DNA of 28,328 nucleotides, from positions 1-28,328 of the forward strand of contig JBAPVZ010000818.1 in assembly GCA_049283435.1 (NCBI GenBank), read 5' to 3'. Each line of letters opens with the position of its first letter. Positions within the stretch are counted from its first letter, which is position 1. Of the stretch, positions 1-8,271 are shown one piece after another. A program made the translations under genes and the position numbers. This stretch comes from Candidatus Dormiibacterota bacterium (lineage in GTDB: Bacteria; Chloroflexota; Dormibacteria; Dormibacterales; Dormibacteraceae). The notes under the pieces were generated by a model that saw only the letters and a list, made by a program, of their open reading frames with translations, was not told the origin of the DNA and ran no database searches.

Positions 1-18
1 ACCATTTGGGGGTGTGTC

Positions 19-1500
19 ATGCGGCGAGTGTTCCTGGCGTGCGCGATTGCCGTCGGCATCGCGCTCGTCCTCAGCAGCAGCGCGTTCGCGCAGTCGGTGA
101 CCCGCGTCAGCTCCGGCGACCCGGACGCGAGCTGCACGCTCGGCGCTGCACCGGGCTCGGTCGCGAATCCGGGGACCGAGGTCGAGCCCTATCTCGTCGA
201 CAATCCGAGCCGTCCTGCCAACCTCCTCGGAGCCTGGCAGCAGGACCGCTGGTCGGACGGCGGTGGCAAGAACCTGGTCGCCGGCTGGAGCTTCAACGGT
301 GGGACCAGCTGGGGCGAGACGCAGCTCCCGTTCAGCGAGTGTGACGGCGCGGCCGGTGTGCCCTACCAGCGCGCGTCCGATCCCGGCGTCGCGTTCGGGC
401 CGGACGGCAGGGCCTATGCGATCGCGATCGTCTTCGACGGCACCACGACTCGCAATGGAGTCGCCGCGGCCACGTCGACCGACGGCGGCAGGACGTGGAG
501 CGCGCCCAAGCTGCTGATCCGGGACGTGGGCAGCCCGACGACGGGCGACCCGTTCAACGACAAGGAGCTGATCTTCGCGGATCCCGTGCATGCCGGGGTC
601 GCCTATGCCGTCTGGGACCGGCTGCTGGACGTCGCCGGGCAGACCGCGACCCGGGCGCCGCTGATCCTGGCCAAGCGAGGAGCGGCGCGGCGGACCGGGT
701 TCGGCCCCCAGCAGCAGCAGCCCGCGTTCACCGGGCCCGCCTATTTCAGCGAGACGACGAACGGCGGGGCGACCTGGCAGGCACCGCGCCCGATCGTCCA
801 GACCGGCGTCAACGAGCAGACGATCGGGAACTACCTGGTCACCGATCCGCGCACTGATACGCTCTACGACTTCTTCACCTACATCACCGCGGACGGCGTC
901 AGCCACGCGGCGTTCGTGTCCTCCTCGAACCGGGGCGCGACCTGGAGCTCGATGCACGTCTTCGCCGACCAGCAGACGGTCGGAGTGAAGGGCTACCGCA
1001 CCGGGAGCGGCCTCCTCTCACCGGCCATCGACCCCCGGACGGGAGCGCTCTACGTGACCTGGGAGGATGCCCGCTTCAACGGCGGCCAGTACGACGAGGT
1101 TGCCCTCACGAGCTCGCGGGACGGGGGCAGGACGTGGAGCGCGGTCGCTCGGGTGAACCCGGCCAGCGCGAGCGGACAGCCGGCCTACACGCCCACCGTC
1201 GCGGTCAACGCGGCGGGCGCCGTCGCCGTCACCTACTACCAGTCGGCGGACTTCCAGGCCAACGACGAGACGAACTACGACGTCACTCTCTCCCGCAACG
1301 GCGGCCGCACCTTCTCCAGGCCGTCGCTGCTGGCCGGACCCTTCGACATGAGCACGGCCCCGTCCGCCGGCGGCTACTTCGTCGGCGACTATGAGGCGAT
1401 CGCGACCGCGGGTGACACGTTCTACCCGTTCTTCGTCACGACGACGGGTGTCGCCGGCGACCCGACGGACGTGTACACGACCGCGGTGTCGAGTCCCTAG
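19..1500 (+). CDS. Secreted BNR/Asp-box beta-propeller protein (sialidase-like family)
   Basis: N-terminal signal peptide ending AFA-Q; six Asp-box-like motifs (SFNGGTSW, STDGGRTW, TTNGGATW, SSNRGATW, SRDGGRTW, SRNGGRTF); C-terminal FVGDY motif. Confidence 0.85.
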   Translation: MRRVFLACAIAVGIALVLSSSAFAQSVTRVSSGDPDASCTLGAAPGSVANPGTEVEPYLVDNPSRPANLLGAWQQDRWSDGGGKNLVAGWSFNGGTSWGETQLPFSECDGAAGVPYQRASDPGVAFGPDGRAYAIAIVFDGTTTRNGVAAATSTDGGRTWSAPKLLIRDVGSPTTGDPFNDKELIFADPVHAGVAYAVWDRLLDVAGQTATRAPLILAKRGAARRTGFGPQQQQPAFTGPAYFSETTNGGATWQAPRPIVQTGVNEQTIGNYLVTDPRTDTLYDFFTYITADGVSHAAFVSSSNRGATWSSMHVFADQQTVGVKGYRTGSGLLSPAIDPRTGALYVTWEDARFNGGQYDEVALTSSRDGGRTWSAVARVNPASASGQPAYTPTVAVNAAGAVAVTYYQSADFQANDETNYDVTLSRNGGRTFSRPSLLAGPFDMSTAPSAGGYFVGDYEAIATAGDTFYPFFVTTTGVAGDPTDVYTTAVSSP

Positions 1501-1512
1501 CGCAAGCGCGGA

Positions 1513-2610
1513 TCAGCGCGGCCGTTCGGCGAGCGCGCCGGCGAGCCGCGCGTTCTCCTCGGCGGTGCGCACGGTGATGCGCAGGTGGCCGGGGAGGAGC
1601 GGGTGGTCGGCGAAGTTGCGCACGACCATGCCGCGCGCCTCCAGCCAATCCGCGACCTGCTGCGCCGCCGCCGGCGAGCCCCAATCGGTGAGCAGGAAGT
1701 TCGTGACCGACGGGTGGACGGTCGCGCCCAGCTCGCGCAGCGCGTCCGCGAGCGGCTCCCGCTCGGCGAGCACCCGCGCGACGTTCGCCCGCATCCCCGG
1801 CAGGTCCTGCAATGCCTGGGCGCCGACCTGGGCGGTGACGCGGCTGACGCTGTTCGGCGGCCGCACCCGGTGCAGCATCGCGACGACTTCGGGGCTCGCC
1901 ACGCCCCAGGCGAGCCGCATGCCCGCCATCCCGAACGCCTTCGACATCGTGCGCACGACGACCAGGTTCGGGTGCTCGCGGAGCAGCTCGACGGCCGAAC
2001 GCCCGGAGTACTCCGCGTATGCCTCGTCGACGACGACGACGCAGGGGGCCTCGTCGAGCAGCCGGTGCAGCGTCCGCTCGTCCGTCGCGTTGCCGGTCGG
2101 GCTGTTCGGGTTGCAGTGCCAGAGCACCTTCGCCCCTGCGGCCGCTCGCAGCGTCGCGTCGACGTCGACGCGGAAGTCAGCGCCGAGCGGAGCCTGCCGG
2201 AGGACGCCGCCCATCTGCACGGTGACGATCGCGTACATCGAATAGGTCGGCGGGGTGACGACGGCGGCGTCCCCGTTGTCGAGGAACGTCTTCGCGACGA
2301 TGTCCAGGATCTCGTCCGCACCGGCGCCGACCACGATCTGATCGGGCGCGACCCCGCAGTAGTCGGCGAACAGCGGCGTCAGCTCTGCGTACGAGGTGTC
2401 GAAGTACTCGTTCGGCATCGCCTCCTCCCGCGCCATATCCATCGCCACCCGCCACGTTGGGGGCGGGAAGGGGGAGGTGTTGAGGTCGAAGCGGATCACG
2501 TCCTCGGGCCGCCGTCCATGCCGGCGGGCGACCTCCTCGGTCGAGAGCTCCCACGCATAGGGGTCGAGCTCGTGGACGGTGCGGCGGACGAGGGAGGCGG
2601 GATCGGCCAC
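1513..2610 (-). CDS. hisC: Histidinol-phosphate aminotransferase (PLP class II)
   Basis: Motifs GAGADEIL, CNPNSPTG, VVDEAYAEY, RTMSKAFGMAGMRL (PLP lysine), NFLL, LRITV; GTG start. Confidence 0.9.
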   Translation of the reverse strand: MADPASLVRRTVHELDPYAWELSTEEVARRHGRRPEDVIRFDLNTSPFPPPTWRVAMDMAREEAMPNEYFDTSYAELTPLFADYCGVAPDQIVVGAGADEILDIVAKTFLDNGDAAVVTPPTYSMYAIVTVQMGGVLRQAPLGADFRVDVDATLRAAAGAKVLWHCNPNSPTGNATDERTLHRLLDEAPCVVVVDEAYAEYSGRSAVELLREHPNLVVVRTMSKAFGMAGMRLAWGVASPEVVAMLHRVRPPNSVSRVTAQVGAQALQDLPGMRANVARVLAEREPLADALRELGATVHPSVTNFLLTDWGSPAAAQQVADWLEARGMVVRNFADHPLLPGHLRITVRTAEENARLAGALAERPR

Positions 2611-2616
2611 CGGCCC

Positions 2617-2622
2617 AGTCTA
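2617..2622 (-). promoter_or_regulatory. -10 element (TAGACT) of a probable leaderless hisC transcript
   Basis: TANNNT hexamer 6 nt upstream of GTG 2610; no SD present. Confidence 0.6.
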
Positions 2623-2700
2623 TCGGTGGCGGGTGCCGGCTCTCCGCAGCCGGTAGCCTCGGCAGGCCATGCCGCGTACGCTCGCCTTCGGAACGAGTTC

Positions 2701-3150
2701 GTGATCTCGCTCGGGCGTGGGACTCGACCGACCGTTCGCGTCGAGCCGGCGCCGAGCGCGCTCCGCATCGTGGCGGCAGCCGGCGTCCTCCTCTCGGCGG
2801 TCTGGTACGCCTACACGCTCGCCTACTTCTGGCTGCAGCCGCGCGGCTACACGTACTCGGGCAGCGTCCTCTCGTTCGTGTTCCGCATCCCCAGCCCGTC
2901 GTCGGGGGTGACGCGCACGTTCGCCTGGATGTGGCGCGCCGACCTGGCTCAGGCGGTGCAGGTCTATCCGCTCGGCCCGCTGCTCTTCCTGGTCGCGCTG
3001 CTGCTGACGGCCTACGTGCTCTTCATCGTCGTCAGCGGCCGAGCGCTGCGCGTCACGCTCCCGCCCGGCTGGGGGCGGGTGATCCTGGTCGTCGTCGGCG
3101 CGCTGCTGGCCGCCAACTGGGCGGCGAAGATCTTCTGGCTCGGCGTCTGA
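2701..3150 (+). CDS. DUF2752-like small membrane protein (149 aa)
   Basis: 3' part of ORF 1585..3150 from GTG 2701; three hydrophobic segments; IPSPSSGVTRT..WMWRADLAQAVQVYPL matches the DUF2752 pattern (CPxCGxTR...GD...A...NPL) with Ser in place of Cys. Confidence 0.7.
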   Translation: MISLGRGTRPTVRVEPAPSALRIVAAAGVLLSAVWYAYTLAYFWLQPRGYTYSGSVLSFVFRIPSPSSGVTRTFAWMWRADLAQAVQVYPLGPLLFLVALLLTAYVLFIVVSGRALRVTLPPGWGRVILVVVGALLAANWAAKIFWLGV

Positions 3151-3180
3151 CGGCGACGCGCGCCGGAGGCGGGCGGGTGG

Positions 3181-3675
3181 CTAGAGCACGATCCACTGGC
3201 GACCGTCGAGGAGCTCGCAGACCGCGTCGAGGTGGCCGGCGTGGCACGCGCTCTCCGTGATCACGTGGAGCATTACGAAGCGCAGGTTCGGCGCCTCAAA
3301 ACCTCCCCAGTGCTCCCACTGCGGGTCCTTCTGCCGCGGCGGCGCATCGAGCGGCGTCGCCTCGATGATCGCGTTCGCCCGTGCGATCTCCTCCCGGTAG
3401 AGGTCGAAGACGTCCGCGACCGACTCGCTCGCGCTCACCTGCCACTCCGCATTCTGCCGCTCCGGAAAGAAGTCGAGCGACTCGCCGCCGACGATGCAGC
3501 GGAACCAGTAGTGCTCGTCGGCCAGGGCCAGATGCTTCACCATGCCGAGGCAGCTCCAGGCCGACGGCAGGACGGGGCGCCGCAGCTGCTCCTCCGACAG
3601 CCCCTCGAGGATGCCGAGCACGTGCTTGCGCTGCGCCTCGAGCGACCGCAGCATCACCAGCGTCTCTGCGTTCAT
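3181..3675 (-). CDS. DinB/DUF664 family protein
   Basis: SCLGMVKHLALADEHYW and LRFVMLHVITESACHAGHLD His-triad motifs; GAGG SD before ATG 3675. Confidence 0.85.
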   Translation of the reverse strand: MNAETLVMLRSLEAQRKHVLGILEGLSEEQLRRPVLPSAWSCLGMVKHLALADEHYWFRCIVGGESLDFFPERQNAEWQVSASESVADVFDLYREEIARANAIIEATPLDAPPRQKDPQWEHWGGFEAPNLRFVMLHVITESACHAGHLDAVCELLDGRQWIVL

Positions 3676-3763
3676 CGGCGCCCATCCTCGCACAGGCGCG
3701 GTCGACGAGCGACATCCCGACTGCGGGCCGCGACCGCGCCGGTCACCCGGGCGGCCGCCGCCG

Positions 3764-4423
3764 TCAGGCCTTCGCCTGCACGCCGAGCCCGATCGGACAG
3801 CTGACCCCCGTCGAGTGGTCAGGGCAGTAGCCGTTCGGCACCCGGATCAGGTACTGCTGGTGGTAATCCTCGGCGAAGTAGAGCTCGCCGGCCGGCTCGA
3901 TCTGCGTCGTGATCGTCCCCCGTCCCGCCGCGGTCAGCGCCTGCTGGTAGGCGGCACGCGACGCCTCCGCCTCCGCCTGCTGCTCGGCGCTGTGGGTCAG
4001 GATCACCGACCGGTACTGCGTCCCGACATCGTTGCCCTGCCGCATGCCCTCGGTCGGGTCGTGGTTCTCCCAGAACGCCTTCAGCAATCGCGCGTAGGTC
4101 GTCTTCTCGGGGTCGTAGACGACCTGCACGGCCTCCGCGTGGCCGGTCCGGCCGCTGCAGACCTCCTCGTAGGTCGGGTTCGGCGTGTATCCGCCGGCGT
4201 ACCCGACGGCCGTGGAGACGACGCCGGGCAGCTGCCAAAACACCTTCTCGGCGCCCCAGAAGCAGCCCATGCCGAACGTCGCGATCGCGCTGCCCTCGGG
4301 ATAGGGCGGCCGCAGCGGCGCATCGAGCACGAGGTGCCGCTCGGGCACCTGCACCGGGTCCGGGCGCCCGGGCAGCGCATCCTCGGGCCGGGGCATCTCG
4401 TTCTTCGTTCGGGACCAGAACAT
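3764..4423 (-). CDS. msrA: Peptide-methionine (S)-S-oxide reductase
   Basis: GCFWG active site, [33 protein letters not shown]-terminal cysteines; start is 4423 or 4432. Confidence 0.95.
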   Translation of the reverse strand: MFWSRTKNEMPRPEDALPGRPDPVQVPERHLVLDAPLRPPYPEGSAIATFGMGCFWGAEKVFWQLPGVVSTAVGYAGGYTPNPTYEEVCSGRTGHAEAVQVVYDPEKTTYARLLKAFWENHDPTEGMRQGNDVGTQYRSVILTHSAEQQAEAEASRAAYQQALTAAGRGTITTQIEPAGELYFAEDYHQQYLIRVPNGYCPDHSTGVSCPIGLGVQAKA

Positions 4424-4457
4424 GGATCTCATCTCCTCCGCGAAGCCGCGGCCTCGC

Positions 4458-4874
4458 TCACGCCTGCTCGGTGGGGTCGAAGTCCAGCGCCACGCTGTTC
4501 ATGCAGAACCGGTCGCCGGTCGGCGTCTGCGGGGCGTCGTCGAACACGTGCCCGAGATGCGAGCCGCACTTCGCACACCTGACCTCGGTGCGCGCCATGC
4601 CGAGGGATTGGTCGGTCTCGAGCTCGACGGCAGCCTTGCCGAGCGGCTCCCAGAAGCTCGGCCAGCCGCTGCCCGACTCGAACTTGGTGTCGGAGCGAAA
4701 CAGCGGGTTGCCACAGGCGCGGCAACGGAAGACGCCGGTTCGCTTCTCGTGCAGCAGGGGCCCGCTGCCGGGCCGCTCGGTCGCCGCCTGGCGCAGCACC
4801 GCGTACTCAGCCGGCGACAGCTCCGCCCGCCACTCCGCCTCGGTCTTCTGCAACTTGTCCACGTTCTCTGTCAT
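4458..4874 (-). CDS. msrB: Peptide-methionine (R)-S-oxide reductase (Zn-binding type)
   Basis: ATERP, CRAC/CAKC Zn pairs, [22 protein letters not shown] 4874 with a purine-rich SD. Confidence 0.95.
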   Translation of the reverse strand: MTENVDKLQKTEAEWRAELSPAEYAVLRQAATERPGSGPLLHEKRTGVFRCRACGNPLFRSDTKFESGSGWPSFWEPLGKAAVELETDQSLGMARTEVRCAKCGSHLGHVFDDAPQTPTGDRFCMNSVALDFDPTEQA

Positions 4875-5037
4875 ACCCTCTTCACCTCGACTCCACGCCC
4901 CGGGCAGTCTCGCGCGAGCGCGGGCGCTGCTCACCCGGGCCATGCTTACCACGGCTCTTCCAGGAACACCAGGGCCGCCCGGCGCGTTCCACCGGCGCCG
5001 GCCCCGACGACGAGAACGGTACGGAGGTGCGACGGCG

Positions 5038-5934
5038 ATGGACTACGGACGCGCGCTGCGGTTCGGCTACTTCCTGACGCCAGGTGCCGACGACGCCGCC
5101 GGTCTGTTGCGCACGGCACGGATCGTCGACCGATCGGGCCTCGATGTCCTCGGGATCCAGGACCACCCCTACGTGCCGGCGTTTCTCGACACCTGGACAC
5201 TGCTCAGCGCGATCGGCGCCGTGACCGAGCGCGTGCACCTGTTCCCGGATGTGGCGAACCTGCCCCTGCGACCGCCGGCCCTGCTCGCGAAGGCGGCGGC
5301 CTCGCTGGACCGAATCACCGGCGGGCGCGTCGAGCTCGGCCTCGGCTCGGGCGCGGCCATGGAGGGGGTCGCGGCGCTCGGCGGGACGGCGCTCAGCCGC
5401 GGCGACGCGCTCGGCGCGCTGGAGGACGCGGTGACGGTGATCCGTCAGATGTGGAGCGGTGCCCCGTCGGTGCGCTGGGAGGGCCGGTTCTACAGCCTGC
5501 GTGGGGTCCACCCGGGACCGTCGCCGGCGCACCCGATCGGCGTCTGGCTCGGGGTCCTGGGCCCGCGCGCGGTCGCGCTGGCGGGGCGCATCGCCGACGG
5601 CTGGGTCCCCTCCTCCAGCTATGTCGCGCCTGCTCGCCTCACCGAGCTCGCCGGGCGGCTCGACGAGGCGGCGATCGCGGTCGGCCGGCAGCCGGGAGAG
5701 CTGCAACGCCTCTACAACGTGATGGGAGAGATCACGGACGGTCGCTCGCGCGGGTTTCTCCAGGGGCCGCCCAGCCAGTGGGGAGAGGAGCTGGCCGAGG
5801 TCGCGCTCGAGCAGGGCATGGACACCTTCGTGCTCGCGACGACCCCCGGCGAGGCGCCGATCCGGCGGTTCGCCGAGGAGGTCGCGCCGGAGGTCCGCCG
5901 GCTCGTCGACCGCGAGCGCGCGCGCCGGGAGTGA
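5038..5934 (+). CDS. LLM-class (luciferase-like) flavin/F420-dependent oxidoreductase
   Basis: IQDHPY, LDTWTLL, NLPLRPPALLAKAAASLD, GGRVELGLGSG, ADGW; GGAGG SD upstream of ATG 5038. Confidence 0.88.
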   Translation: MDYGRALRFGYFLTPGADDAAGLLRTARIVDRSGLDVLGIQDHPYVPAFLDTWTLLSAIGAVTERVHLFPDVANLPLRPPALLAKAAASLDRITGGRVELGLGSGAAMEGVAALGGTALSRGDALGALEDAVTVIRQMWSGAPSVRWEGRFYSLRGVHPGPSPAHPIGVWLGVLGPRAVALAGRIADGWVPSSSYVAPARLTELAGRLDEAAIAVGRQPGELQRLYNVMGEITDGRSRGFLQGPPSQWGEELAEVALEQGMDTFVLATTPGEAPIRRFAEEVAPEVRRLVDRERARRE

Positions 5935-5955
5935 GCCCTTGACCCTCCACCTGCT
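5855..5955 (+). repeat. Copy 1 of a ~100-bp diverged direct repeat (LLM 3' end plus TTGACC promoter half)
   Basis: 51 of the first 60 nt match 7028..7087; terminal 20-mer CCCTTGACCCTCCACCTGCT is identical to 7103..7122. Confidence 0.9.
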
Positions 5956-6089
5956 GCGCAGGCGCAGACGACTGCGCACAGCGAAAAATCGGGCTTTAGA
6001 ATGACGCTGCGCGACGCCGGCGGATACATCGGCAACGTCGGAGTGTGAGCGAGGCACTCAGCAAGCGGGGCTTGAGCAACAGCAGAGAG

Positions 6090-6977
6090 ATGGAATCGAC
6101 ACCCTCGCGGCACACTCGGCCGCAAACGCCGGCATCGCCGGCAGGGGCGCTTTCGCAGGGCATTCGCTATCTCGTCGCCGTTCTCGTCGTTGGCCTCTGG
6201 ATCGCGATCGGATTCGCATTCCGGATGACCGGGAACAACGCGAACATTTACCTCCTGCTCACGATCCCGGCCGTGCTCATCGTCCAACTGGTGATCCGGC
6301 GCCAGCCCCTGCGGGAGGTCTGGGTGCGTGGCTCACCCAGGTTCCGGTTCGACGCGATCACGGGCATCCTGTTCGTGTTGCTGGCGATCGTGCCCGCTCT
6401 CACCGCGGTGCAGGGCGTCGTCACCCATAACTGGCCGCAGATGCTCTATGGGCTGGCCGCGATCGGCGGAGCCATCGGGGCCGCCTACGCGCTGCGTAGC
6501 GGACGACGGCGGATGGCCTGGCAGCTTCCGCTCTGCGTGGTCGTCACGTGCATCATCGGAGTCGGGCTGAACGTGGGCAATATCCTGCTCATTGACGCCC
6601 GCCAGATCCACCATCCGAAACCTCTGATCGGCGCAGTGACCGCAGGCTACTACTTCCTGCTCTACCTGCCGGCTCTCTTCGTCGTCGAGGAGGTGTTCTT
6701 CCGCGGCACCCTGGACAGCTACCTCCACGAGCGGGAACGCGGAGTCGGATGGCTCTCCGTGATCGTGGTGTCCGTGCTGTGGGGCCTCTGGCACCTTCCG
6801 GTCACGTATACGGGCCACGGCTCGCTCGTGAAGGTGCTGGTGGAGCTGCTGGTCGGCCAGCTCGCGCTCGGAATCCCACTCTCGATCTTCTGGCGAGTCA
6901 GCCGGAACCTGGCCGTGCCCGCCGCCGCACACGCGGTCAATGACGCGATCCGCAACGTGATCGTCGGCCTCCCCTGA
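6090..6977 (+). CDS. CPBP (CAAX protease/Abi) family intramembrane glutamic endopeptidase
   Basis: Multiple TM segments; intact EEVFFRG, WGLWH and HAVND motifs; start ATG 6090 (alternative GTG 6045). Confidence 0.88.
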   Translation: MESTPSRHTRPQTPASPAGALSQGIRYLVAVLVVGLWIAIGFAFRMTGNNANIYLLLTIPAVLIVQLVIRRQPLREVWVRGSPRFRFDAITGILFVLLAIVPALTAVQGVVTHNWPQMLYGLAAIGGAIGAAYALRSGRRRMAWQLPLCVVVTCIIGVGLNVGNILLIDARQIHHPKPLIGAVTAGYYFLLYLPALFVVEEVFFRGTLDSYLHERERGVGWLSVIVVSVLWGLWHLPVTYTGHGSLVKVLVELLVGQLALGIPLSIFWRVSRNLAVPAAAHAVNDAIRNVIVGLP

Positions 6978-7027
6978 TCGTCATGCGGCCGGCCAACCGA
7001 GGCGACGCCCGCAACGTAGAGAACAGA

Positions 7028-7122
7028 CGCCGATCCGGCCGTTCGCCCCGGACGTCGCGCCAGGCGTCCGCCGGCCGGTCGACCGCGCGCGGGGCGGGAT
7101 GCCCCTTGACCCTCCACCTGCT
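7028..7122 (+). repeat. Copy 2 of the direct repeat (degenerate LLM 3'-end relic running into the MerR promoter)
   Basis: Aligns to 5855..5955; this copy is non-coding and 6 nt shorter. Confidence 0.9.
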
Positions 7123-7136
7123 CGTGGCCTGACACT
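7106..7136 (+). promoter_or_regulatory. MerR-type promoter: TTGACC-19 bp-GACACT with a CCAC-N6-GTGG dyad in the spacer
   Basis: A 19-bp spacer with an internal dyad is the hallmark of MerR-activated promoters; ATG 7144 lies 7 nt past the -10, consistent with a leaderless transcript. Confidence 0.7.
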
Positions 7137-7143
7137 GCCGGCC

Positions 7144-8199
7144 ATGGAACGGAGCGACCCGGCGCTCTCGATCGGCGAGCTGTCGCGACGATGCGGATTG
7201 CCGATCAGCGCGCTGCGGTTTTATGCGCATCGGGGCGTGCTGCCGGCCCGGCGAGTCGACCCCGTGACCGGGTACCGCTGGTATACGGCCGACCAGGTCG
7301 TCGCGGGCCGGCTGATCGCCGAGTTGCGCGCGCTGGGGATGCCGCTCTCCGGAATGCGGTCCGTCCTCTCCGGCAACCGCTCGGAGGCCGGGGACGCGAT
7401 CGATCGCCACTGGCGATCGATCGTGCGTCAGCTGGGGGTCCGCCGGCATGCCCTGCGCTCCGTCTCCTCCCTGCTCGATGCCCTGGAGGCGACCATGCCA
7501 ACGACCGCCCACGTGCCCACCGTGCAGCTGCGTACCGCCCTCCGGCAGGTGCTGCCCGCAGTGCCGGCGCCTTCGACGGCCGCCACTCGGGTCCCCCACG
7601 CCGTGCTCTTCGAGTTCGAGAAGAACGAGCTTCGCCTCGTCGCGACGGACGGCCACCGGCTCGCGATCCGGGAGCTCACCGGGGGCACTCGCGGCGAGCC
7701 GGCCCGAGCCCTGATCCCGGTCGGGCAGCTCGATCGGCTGCCGGCCATGCTCGGTGAGGCGGAGCACCTCGCGCTCACCGTGGACGGCGCCTCGCTGCGG
7801 CTCGACGCGCCGGGCCTGACGCAGTGCTCCCCGTTCCCGCTGTCACAGGACGAGTTCCCCGCCTACGAGCGCCTGGTTGCCGCGCTACCGGCCGGCCATT
7901 CGGCAACGCTGCCGGTGGCGCCGCTGCGCCGCGCCCTCGGGCAGCGCCGGGCACCGATGATCCGGCTCGAGCTCGAGCGCAGCCGGATGACGGTGGCCGG
8001 CACCTCGATCGCGACCGACTACGCGGGGCCCGCGATGACGATCGGCATGAATCCGGCCTTCCTGCGCGACGCGATCGCCGCCGTCCCGAGCGCCGAGCTG
8101 CGCCTCCAGATCGTCGGACCCGTGCACGCGCTCGGGATTCGCGGAGCGATGGACGACGGATTCCGCACCTACGTGATGCCGATCCGGCTGCAAGCCTGA
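7144..8199 (+). CDS. MerR-family regulator fused to DNA polymerase III beta-clamp domains II-III
   Basis: N-terminal MerR HTH (LSIGELSRRCGLPISALRFY, VDPVTGYRWY, LRALGMPL); DnaN signatures LRLVATDGHRLA, EFPAYERL, IGMNPAFLRDAI, YVMPIRL. Confidence 0.9.
   Translation: MERSDPALSIGELSRRCGLPISALRFYAHRGVLPARRVDPVTGYRWYTADQVVAGRLIAELRALGMPLSGMRSVLSGNRSEAGDAIDRHWRSIVRQLGVRRHALRSVSSLLDALEATMPTTAHVPTVQLRTALRQVLPAVPAPSTAATRVPHAVLFEFEKNELRLVATDGHRLAIRELTGGTRGEPARALIPVGQLDRLPAMLGEAEHLALTVDGASLRLDAPGLTQCSPFPLSQDEFPAYERLVAALPAGHSATLPVAPLRRALGQRRAPMIRLELERSRMTVAGTSIATDYAGPAMTIGMNPAFLRDAIAAVPSAELRLQIVGPVHALGIRGAMDDGFRTYVMPIRLQA
7485..7497 (+). promoter_or_regulatory. Putative internal in-frame translation start (GGAGG-5 nt-ATG)
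   Basis: GGAGG at 7485-7489 and in-frame ATG 7495 (codon 118) at the MerR/clamp domain boundary; would give a 234-aa product. Confidence 0.6.
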
Positions 8200-8271
8200 A
8201 GCGACCGCCGGCCGGGGCCGTCTGTCCGTGAGGAGCATGCATCAGAGCGCGAAACCGGCACCCGGTCCCGA

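Noticed and set aside
3764..4874. Selenocysteine-containing Msr enzymes
   Set aside because: The catalytic residues are ordinary Cys codons and there is no in-frame TGA
7495..8199. Genuine replicative dnaN or an oriC region
   Set aside because: Domain I is missing, the gene is fused to MerR, and there are no dnaA/recF/gyrB genes or DnaA boxes
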